This document shows, piece by piece, positions 39,322 to 46,746 of a stretch of DNA of 49,708 nt. The position numbers were made by a program, and so were the translations under genes. The notes under the pieces were generated by a model. It saw nothing but the letters and a program-made list of their open reading frames with translations. It searched no databases and was not told the DNA's origin. Every line of letters starts with the position of its first letter. The first letter of the stretch is position 1. This DNA comes from Verrucomicrobiota bacterium (GTDB lineage Bacteria; Verrucomicrobiota; Verrucomicrobiia; Limisphaerales; UBA8199). The DNA is taken from positions 1 through 49,708 of the forward strand of contig JBBQYD010000001.1 in the NCBI GenBank assembly GCA_038209025.1, written 5' to 3'.

Positions 39322-39851
39322 TTCTCTTTGAGTAAGTTCTACGCTAACTTCGTGACATTCGCCTTGAGGGCCTCCCCATTGCTAAGGCCAGCCCGCCGGA
39401 AGACCGGCAAAACTTGCCCATTCACACCGCGCGTCCCGTTTGCCAGCGTCGGGTCATGGTGGTTGGGTCCAAAAACCAATTCTCCCTCACCCGCGCAGCG
39501 TCGAGTGCCTGCGGGCGCGCAATTATTCCATCGGCACGCACCCTCCTTCATTCGTCATGTGCTGGCTGCCTTCCGGCAACAGACCCTGACCGCCATCAAA
39601 GCCACCGTCATCGACCGCGTAAAGCGCACCGTCACGGAAACCTGGCCCATGGAAACCTTCCAGGTCAACTTTCCCATGGCGCTCGACGAATCCAACCACC
39701 GCCTTTTCACCGACTGCCGCGCCCCGGCGGTTCCCAGCCCTCCACCCTCAAGTCCCGACGTGACGCGCGGAACAATGTTGACGACTGGGGGAGATAGTCA
39801 CCAAACTTGGCTTGCCCGCCACCTCACCAAATGAGTTGGCGGGTATGACTT

Positions 39852-40781
39852 ATGCGCTCCGTTAAACCAGGATTGGTAGCCGCCGGCGTTGGTATGGCCG
39901 TGAACATTGTGCTGGCCATCATCAAGATTGCCACGGGCATCGTGGGCAATTCCTACGCCCTCATCGCCGACGGTATCGAATCCACCGCCGACATCATCAG
40001 CTCGCTCGTCGTGTGGACGGGGCTCAAGATCGCCTCCTTGCCTGCCGACGAAGAACATCCTTACGGCCACGGGAAGGCCGAGTCCATCGCGGGGATCGTC
40101 GTCGCGTTCGCCCTGCTGGCCGCCGCGGTCTTCATCGCGGTCCAGAGCGTGCGCGAAATCATCACTCCCCACCACGCGCCCGCCTGGTTCACACTCCTCG
40201 TGCTCGCCTTGGTCATTGGGACCAAAGAGACGCTCTATCGGTTCGTCTTCAAGGTAGGCGCCGAACTGGCCAGCACCGCCGTCAAGGGCGACGCCTGGCA
40301 CCACCGGTCCGACGCCATCACCTCGGCGGCCGCCTTCGTCGGCATCTCCATCGCGCTGATTGGCGGCAAGGGCTATGAGAGCGCTGACGATTGGGCCGCC
40401 TTGCTCGCCTGTGGCGTCATTCTTTTCAACGGCTATCGTATCTCCCGAGCCGCGCTAAACGAGATCATGGATGCCGCCGCCCCCAGCACGCTGCAAAAGC
40501 TAATCCTCGCGATCTCCTCTTCGGTGCCGGGCGTGGTGCGCATCGAAAAATGCCGCACCCGCAAGAGCGGGCTGGGGCTGTTCGTGGAAATCCACGTGGA
40601 GGTGAGCGGCGATCTGACTGTGCGGCGCGGCCACGAAATTGCTCACGAGGTTAGCGGCCGCCTCAAGTCGTCATCGCTCTCCATCCAGCATGTCGTGGCT
40701 CATGTAGAGCCGGCGCTGGCCGTAACGACAAACTCACCCCCCGAAGCGCAGCCGGATGGCCCGGGCCAGCGCCCGGCCTGA
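39852..40781 (+). CDS. Cation diffusion facilitator (CDF) family metal efflux transporter
   Basis: AVNIVLAIIKIATGIVGNSYALIADGIESTADIISS, a later HHRSDA motif and a C-terminal cytoplasmic domain are typical of FieF/CzcD-like CDF proteins. Confidence 0.9.
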   Translation: MRSVKPGLVAAGVGMAVNIVLAIIKIATGIVGNSYALIADGIESTADIISSLVVWTGLKIASLPADEEHPYGHGKAESIAGIVVAFALLAAAVFIAVQSVREIITPHHAPAWFTLLVLALVIGTKETLYRFVFKVGAELASTAVKGDAWHHRSDAITSAAAFVGISIALIGGKGYESADDWAALLACGVILFNGYRISRAALNEIMDAAAPSTLQKLILAISSSVPGVVRIEKCRTRKSGLGLFVEIHVEVSGDLTVRRGHEIAHEVSGRLKSSSLSIQHVVAHVEPALAVTTNSPPEAQPDGPGQRPA

Positions 40782-40809
40782 CGGCCGCCCCAACCGCGCC
40801 CGGTGGGCT

Positions 40810-41103
40810 TCATTTGGCCTGTGGCTTGCCGGGCAATCGGCCAGCCCGGTATGCGTCCAGGTAGCGATTGAGCAGGGCTTCTTGCTCGGGCTTAAGCTTC
40901 GACTTCCTGCCCATCTTGTCCATCCATTTGCTCCATTGCTCGCCGGAGTACTTGGCCGGGTCGTAGAATTGGTGGCATTTGGCGCACTTGGCGACATAGA
41001 CCTTCCGGGCGACGGTGATTTCCTTCACCGTCAATTCATCGGCCCCGGCGGCGAGGTCAGCCGCCGTGACCGCGATGGTCAAACACAGGAGGAACGCGCG
41101 CAT
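40810..41103 (-). CDS. Small exported monohaem cytochrome c-like protein
   Basis: 97-aa ORF with a signal peptide and a single CAKCH motif. It starts 8 nt after the upstream beta-barrel gene. Confidence 0.6.
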   Translation of the reverse strand: MRAFLLCLTIAVTAADLAAGADELTVKEITVARKVYVAKCAKCHQFYDPAKYSGEQWSKWMDKMGRKSKLKPEQEALLNRYLDAYRAGRLPGKPQAK

Positions 41104-41111
41104 GAAATCGC

Positions 41112-41939
41112 CTAGAAGTTGAACCCGCTCAGCAGCCGGATGTTGATTTTCTCGTGGTCGTTGAGTTCAAGATGGCGGTTGCCGTCCTGGCTCGGGCTGT
41201 TGTTCCAGCCGTAGATCTGGGGCATCACCGTGAGCGCCGCCCACCATTTCTCCTGGCGATAACTGAGCACCGGCCCGAGGAATAACGCCGAGCTCTCCCA
41301 GGTCTTATATTCGGGCAGGAGGTTTTCATTCCGGAACTCAAGGCCCAAGGCCCAATGCCTCCCCAGGTCGCGCGCGACACCGAAACTGGCACTCAGTTCG
41401 GCTTCCACTTTACTGAGATTATCCTCCCACTCCGTCTCATTCCCGATGTTGAAGGCCCATTTCCAATTTCCATGTCGCTGGCCGATGATGATTTTTTCTT
41501 CCACCGCCGCCTCTTCGCCGGAGTAACGGCCTTCCAGGTAAAGCGTGAGGCCGATCCGGTGCGCAGCCGGGTTCAGCACGTTGAACCGGTTCTCCAGCGA
41601 AACCCCTTTCCAATCAAATGCGGACGCGTTGCCGCCGGTCGTCGCGTCGCGGTAACTCTCCGAAGTTTCATTCAGATAAAGGGCGGCCGTGTACCAGTCG
41701 GTCACGCCATATTCGAGTTCCTGGCGCAAGTCCCACCGGTTGTAGTTCTCCTGACCGACGGTTGCGTTGCGTCCAGCCCTCAGCGTGACCCAGTTTTCGA
41801 ATTCAAACGCACCCGCCGGAAGCGTCTCCGGCTCATAAACGTAGGTGAAGCGCCGTTCATCAGCGCGGCCTGAAGTCACGATCATAACACCGGCCAGCAG
41901 GCCCAAACACAAACTTCGACTCAGTTTCATGGGCGCCAT
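41112..41939 (-). CDS. Outer-membrane beta-barrel protein (unassigned family)
   Basis: Signal peptide, alternating amphipathic beta-strand pattern rich in aromatic girdle residues, and a C-terminal ...RLLSGFNF ending in Phe. Confidence 0.6.
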   Translation of the reverse strand: MAPMKLSRSLCLGLLAGVMIVTSGRADERRFTYVYEPETLPAGAFEFENWVTLRAGRNATVGQENYNRWDLRQELEYGVTDWYTAALYLNETSESYRDATTGGNASAFDWKGVSLENRFNVLNPAAHRIGLTLYLEGRYSGEEAAVEEKIIIGQRHGNWKWAFNIGNETEWEDNLSKVEAELSASFGVARDLGRHWALGLEFRNENLLPEYKTWESSALFLGPVLSYRQEKWWAALTVMPQIYGWNNSPSQDGNRHLELNDHEKINIRLLSGFNF

Positions 41940-41981
41940 CCTAGCGCGCCGCCCCGGCGCGCGCTTCCGGTGCGTTGCGAA

Positions 41982-43046
41982 TTATTGTCGTTGGATTGCG
42001 CCCCCCGGATGCGCTCCGCCCACGGCCCTCATTCCCGTGGACCGCGTCAGCCCCAGTGGATAGAGGCCGGGACAGCACCCCATCGTTTCGCAAAAGGCCT
42101 GGCTGAAGTGGCTCAGGCTGCTGTAGCCCACCTCCAGCGCGGCCTCCGTCACATTGAACTTGCCCGACTTCAGCAACTCCGCCGCTCGCTCCATGCGGAT
42201 TTGCCGCAGATACCGCGGAATCGTCATGCCCATTTCCCGGGAAAACGTCCGGCTCAGATAGTATGGACTGCAGCCCACCTCCCGCCCCAATTCCTCCAGC
42301 GGCGGCGGTTCCACCAGTCGCTGGCTCAAAATCTCAATTGCCCGTTCCACCCGCCTCCGGGACACCTCCTGCTGACGCGCCCCGGTCCCGGCTTTCCCGT
42401 CCGCCGGCGCAAAAAAGAACTCCGCCATCAACTCCAGGGCTTTGCTTTGATACCACAGCCCGGCGGCGGCTCCTCCGACCGGCGGCTCCCGCAGGCGCTC
42501 GATGTCTTTGCGCCAGTGCGTCGTCAACCGCACCGGCGGCGCCACTCGCCCCGCATCCCCCTGGCGCCGCAGCGCCAGGCGCACCACCGGGTGCAGCGCC
42601 GCCTCATGGCCCGTCAGGTGCCGCTCCAGGAATCCCGGCGAATACTCCACCGTCAGGAACTGGTGCCGCTCTCCGGGCAATCTCCACGCAGACAGCTTGT
42701 CGTCCGCGGCAGCGTAGAGGCTCACAGTCATCGACCCGAGCAGCACGGACTCCCTCCCACACGTCAGCCGCGCGTTTCCCGACACGTTCAGACAAAGCTC
42801 CACGCTGCCCGGATGAAAACTCCGCGCCCAGTCGCGGGGCTTGTCACATGCAAAATCGTGCCACTCGATGCCTGCCCCCTGCTGGCAATAACACCCGTGC
42901 AGGCATTGCCACCCGCCCCCCAGCGCCTCCCAGACGGCGGCCTCCGCGTAGTCGCAGGCCGGACGCTCAAGCGCCGCCCTCCTCGGCGCCGCCCGCCCCG
43001 CCGTCAGTTCCCCCAGGCAGGGAATCTTGCCATCCAATTTACTCAT
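41982..43046 (-). CDS. AraC-family transcriptional regulator
   Basis: The C-terminal double HTH reads LGREVGCSPYYLSRTFSREMGMTIPRYLRQIRMERAAELL...EVGYSSLSHFSQAFCETMG. The start is set at the ATG at 43046 (or 43055). The track's longer form overlaps a gene fragment on the other strand. Confidence 0.8.
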   Translation of the reverse strand: MSKLDGKIPCLGELTAGRAAPRRAALERPACDYAEAAVWEALGGGWQCLHGCYCQQGAGIEWHDFACDKPRDWARSFHPGSVELCLNVSGNARLTCGRESVLLGSMTVSLYAAADDKLSAWRLPGERHQFLTVEYSPGFLERHLTGHEAALHPVVRLALRRQGDAGRVAPPVRLTTHWRKDIERLREPPVGGAAAGLWYQSKALELMAEFFFAPADGKAGTGARQQEVSRRRVERAIEILSQRLVEPPPLEELGREVGCSPYYLSRTFSREMGMTIPRYLRQIRMERAAELLKSGKFNVTEAALEVGYSSLSHFSQAFCETMGCCPGLYPLGLTRSTGMRAVGGAHPGGAIQRQ

Positions 43047-43169
43047 GACCCTCATTATACCGCCTGACGGTAATTGACGACAGCCGATTCCGCCCAGCGC
43101 GCGAGATGCCTGCCCCCTGGCCACGCGATATACGCCCCAATCAGAACCATCACCGTCGAACTCACATAG

Positions 43170-43436
43170 GGCATTTTCCGGGCGAACTCCGCAAATCCCT
43201 TGAACCGCTTGAACGCCTGGCGCACCACCAGCACCCTGATCGAGACGGATGAAACCGTTTTGCTTCAGCTCAGTAATCCCACGGGAACCACTTGGGTCAG
43301 CCCCGGCAATGCGGTGCTGACAATCCAGGACTGCGATCTGCCGCAACTCGTCATTCAGCCTGTCGCGGTGGGTGGTCAATTCCACGTTACGAAAAGCGTT
43401 GGCGGCTCAAACCAGTTTTTCCGCCGCCACCGGTAA
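43170..43436 (+). pseudogene. Fragment of a surface-protein gene (Calx-beta-like end plus a collapsed C-terminal module)
   Basis: The open frame has no ATG start. ETDETVLLQLSNPTGTTWVSPGNAVLTIQDCD resembles the end of a Calx-beta domain. It is followed by GGQFHV...GGSNQFFRRHR*, a shortened version of the ...FYRL tail. Confidence 0.45.
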
Positions 43437-43555
43437 CACCCCTGCCAACCCAAACCCGCGGAGGCCAGCCGGGCGATAACGCCGCTTGCGGCGCATCATC
43501 CGTGGCAGCGTCCGCTCTGCGGGCAGGACGGGCGGCTCGGTTTAGTGTGGGGGCT

Positions 43556-46402
43556 TCAAGGCGCGACTAAGCGGTAAAACACTGCGCCGTTTGCGGGATC
43601 AATGGTGAACATCGCATTATCGGACGTGGTGGAGCCGGGAACATCAACCCAGTTTGAACCCAACCCAACCGCGGTGGAATTAGTCTGGGCCTGCAAGAGC
43701 CACCCGATGTTCTGGGAGGGCCATGACAGGCTGATTTGATTGCCGTTGACCTGGCTCGCCAGGGCGGGCGCCAAACTAATAATGCGCAGCGTCCCATCCT
43801 TGGCGAGGGTGCTGGTATTCCATCCAAGCCAGGGCCCGGGCTCAGGGGGCACAATGCCGGCAAAAGCGCCCAGGTAAGGGCTCGAGAGAGCAGTGGCGGT
43901 GGTGGTGGCAGAGAAGAGTTTGAACGCATCACCGGCATGCGGGGAGCGTCCGCTCATCACCATATTCAGCGTCCCCCCAAACGTCACGGTGTTCAGCCCG
44001 ATCACCCGATCATGAGTTGCGGCACTCAGGTCCGCTTCGAAGTAGCTCGAACTGCCATCGGAAAGGGTCAGGTTGTTGCTGATGGTGAGTGTCCCCATCG
44101 AGGTGCCAGGGACCAGGCTTCCCCCAGCTTCCACCATCACCGGCCCCAGAATGGTTCCCGAGCCCCCCAGCGTGGCGCCAGATTTGACCGAGACCGCGGT
44201 GACGCCAATCGCGCCGTTTACGAGGAGGGTTCCGCTGTTCAGCAGGGTGTCGCCCACATAGTCGTTGGTGGTCGAGAGCGTGAGAATGCCCGTTCCGTCA
44301 TTAGTCAGACCACCGGCGCCGGACAGTTTTCCAGAGCCGCTAAAGGTGAAGCTGTTAGTGGTGTTCAGCTCGATGCCAGCGGGCTCTAACGTTCCCACCA
44401 ACGTGATCGGGGAGGCGGCCGGGCTGGAATTGTCAAAGGTGACGGCGTCGAGATCATAGAACTTCTCAGCGCCTCCGTTCCAACCGGCAGTCGCGTGGAG
44501 ATCCCAGATACTGCCACCGTTGCCACTCCAGATGAGGCTGGTGGCGGGCCCTCCACTCACGGTGAGATTGATGAAGGGAAGGGTCGAAGCATCGAAAGCG
44601 AACGTGAACCGGCTATTGGCAAGCGCGCCGGTGACCTGAATGTTGTTGGTATCACCCACCAGGGTTCCGTAAGTCAATACCGGATAGGTTCCCGGCAGAA
44701 TGGTCCCACCGATCTCCATGGTGTTGATTCCGCTCAACGTCAGGATGTCGGTGACCACCACTTGATCGTTGATCGCCGGGTTGGCGGGATCATTTAAGTC
44801 CATGAGCAGTTTGCCGTTCTCAAACGTGAGACTCCCCTTCACGGTGAGCACGCCAGCGCGCCCCTGGGCCACGGGCGCCAAAGTGCGTCCGGCTTCCACG
44901 ACGAAATTCGTGATCGGGGATAACAGGGTCAAATTGCTAATTCCCAATATATTATAATTGGTCAAGAGCCCGGCGCCAAAATTGAAGTTCCGCACCATGA
45001 CGTTGCCTGGAGAGGTATCCCCCGCAGGCATCATATCCAACCGCCCGTTGTTGGTGATCACGAGCGTGCTTACCCCATTGCCCCCGATGCCGTCGGTTTC
45101 CAGGACGCTACCGGAAACATTCACGAGGCCCGCGTTAATAATCAAGGTTCCCGTACCCTTACCGGTCGCCGCTCCGGAGTCACGTCCGATGTTGATGTTC
45201 TGGGCGACCAAAGTGGCGTTGGTGCGGACCGTAGCGATGCCGGTGGCATTGCCGAGATTGTTGCCCTGTTGGCAGCCGATGTTGAGCGTTTTCACATCGA
45301 AAATCCCCGCACCCAACGTCATGACCCCGGAGGCGCTGCCGGTATCGGTCGCATTGTCCCGCCAGCCGTTGATTCCCAGATCCATTTGGTCAATGAGAGC
45401 ATCCACCTCTCCCGCACCGAGATCCAAATTCCCCCGCGCGACAAAGCTAGCGATGCGGGCTTCACCGTGATCCCCGCAGACGAAACGCGGCACCCGGCTC
45501 ACGCCGTCCGCCGCCCGCAGCTTTAACGTGGGATGGACCAGGCAGGGACGAAAACTCATTTGTCCAATTAGTTTAAGCCCGCCAATTTTGAAGTAATCCG
45601 CGTTGAGAGTGTTTTCCTGTCCCAGGATCACATGGTTGGTCGTGGTCGTGGCGCTTTGGCTTCCCTGGGAATACCCGATCGTGAACGGCTGTGAGACGAT
45701 GGCGCTCGGGTCGGCCGTGCGCGGTGCGGCGCAAATGATCAAGTTGGTTTTCGCCAACAGGACTGAGGCTTGAGGGCGATCCCCCCCCCCCCCGAAAGTG
45801 CCATCCCCCGCCACGACGAATTTGCCCGCCGCGAAAACGAAGTTATCCAGGCCGGACATATCCAGCACGGCGCGATGATTCCCACTGGTAACGCTGGTCT
45901 GCTTGACCTGCAACGTGCTCGCGGAACTCGTGCTCGGTGACGCCGGATCACCCAACACCAGCCGGCCGGTGCCAGTGATGGTCGTATAATTTGAAGCGTG
46001 CAATCCATCGTCCAACCCGGTGCCCACATAGAAAAAGTTCGCGGTGGGCGCCTTCGCGGTCAACACCGCCCCATCGTTGATATAGGTCGTATGCAGATTC
46101 GTAGCCACGCCGTTCGTGAATAGCCCTGAATAGGTCAGCTTGGAAACGGTATAGTCCGCATCCACGGTGTTGTTCACCGCCCCCACGACATTGGTCGCAC
46201 CCTGAACGTTGAACGTCACCGTGTCCGCCGGAACCGGCGTCTGCGCGGGAGACCAGTTGCCGCTGGCTGACCAGCCGTTGGTCGCGGAGGAAAGCCCCGT
46301 CCAGCCCAAAGGCGTGGCCCCGGCCTGGTTCAACTGGGCCAGGAGGCAACCTCCGAAAAGCAGCACGGGGAACAGACGATTCGTTGGCTTCATGGTTTTC
46401 AT
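43556..46402 (-). CDS. Giant secreted PATR-repeat surface protein with a C-terminal SWP...FYRL module
   Basis: The ATG at 46402 (or 46393) gives the signal peptide MKTMKPTNRLFPVLLFGGCLLAQLNQAGA. Beta-strand repeats include GILTLSTTNDYVGDTLLNSGTLLVNG, and the protein ends GAVFYRLVAP. Confidence 0.85.
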   Translation of the reverse strand: MKTMKPTNRLFPVLLFGGCLLAQLNQAGATPLGWTGLSSATNGWSASGNWSPAQTPVPADTVTFNVQGATNVVGAVNNTVDADYTVSKLTYSGLFTNGVATNLHTTYINDGAVLTAKAPTANFFYVGTGLDDGLHASNYTTITGTGRLVLGDPASPSTSSASTLQVKQTSVTSGNHRAVLDMSGLDNFVFAAGKFVVAGDGTFGGGGDRPQASVLLAKTNLIICAAPRTADPSAIVSQPFTIGYSQGSQSATTTTNHVILGQENTLNADYFKIGGLKLIGQMSFRPCLVHPTLKLRAADGVSRVPRFVCGDHGEARIASFVARGNLDLGAGEVDALIDQMDLGINGWRDNATDTGSASGVMTLGAGIFDVKTLNIGCQQGNNLGNATGIATVRTNATLVAQNINIGRDSGAATGKGTGTLIINAGLVNVSGSVLETDGIGGNGVSTLVITNNGRLDMMPAGDTSPGNVMVRNFNFGAGLLTNYNILGISNLTLLSPITNFVVEAGRTLAPVAQGRAGVLTVKGSLTFENGKLLMDLNDPANPAINDQVVVTDILTLSGINTMEIGGTILPGTYPVLTYGTLVGDTNNIQVTGALANSRFTFAFDASTLPFINLTVSGGPATSLIWSGNGGSIWDLHATAGWNGGAEKFYDLDAVTFDNSSPAASPITLVGTLEPAGIELNTTNSFTFSGSGKLSGAGGLTNDGTGILTLSTTNDYVGDTLLNSGTLLVNGAIGVTAVSVKSGATLGGSGTILGPVMVEAGGSLVPGTSMGTLTISNNLTLSDGSSSYFEADLSAATHDRVIGLNTVTFGGTLNMVMSGRSPHAGDAFKLFSATTTATALSSPYLGAFAGIVPPEPGPWLGWNTSTLAKDGTLRIISLAPALASQVNGNQISLSWPSQNIGWLLQAQTNSTAVGLGSNWVDVPGSTTSDNAMFTIDPANGAVFYRLVAP
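45781..45793. repeat. Homopolymeric C13 (G13 on the coding strand) inside the PATR gene
   Basis: Thirteen consecutive C residues, read on the coding strand as ttc ggg ggg ggg ggg gat (FGGGGD, residues about 203-208). This is by far the longest homopolymer in the window. Confidence 0.95.
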
Positions 46403-46746
46403 AAATGCAAGGAAGGCATGGGAAGGAACTGTCTGCCGCAGGCAAGACAGATACCGTGGCGTGATGGCCGGTCTGGTTCCATGGGTCAGCCTCACCATGC
46501 AGCCGTGGGTGGCCTTCGTCAATAAAATAACATCATGAGCCAGATAAGATTTCTAGCTCTTCGGCCATGCGGCCACCGCGCACCGCCGCCAGGGTCGGCC
46601 GGTTGGCTCGGCCTGAAGCACCGTCAACTTCGCCACCTCGCCGTTTCCTCGCAGGCAATCAGCTTCGGATCGGTCTTGCTGAAGCGCGCGACGTTGTCCC
46701 GCAGCGTTTGATGGCCGAAGACTTTAGCGCCCTCCGCCCCCCGCCG

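Noticed and set aside
39328-39834. 168-aa ORF upstream of the CDF transporter.
   Set aside because: Most of it is Pro/Arg/Ser-rich. Only a stretch of about 45 aa (LTAIKATVIDRVKRTVTETWPMETFQVNFPMALDESNHRLF) looks protein-like, so it is treated as a gene fragment rather than a CDS.
46429-46450. Inverted repeat ctgtctgcc-gca-ggcaagacag about 30-50 nt upstream of the PATR2 start codon, as a regulatory element.
   Set aside because: It is short and imperfect with one bulge and has no second copy in the window. I noted it but it is not strong enough to annotate.
46600-46735. Minus-strand frame AEGAKVFGHQTLRDNVARFSKTDPKLIACEETARW between the two giant genes.
   Set aside because: It is only about 40 codons with no start. 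It is probably a relic or chance open frame in the intergenic region.
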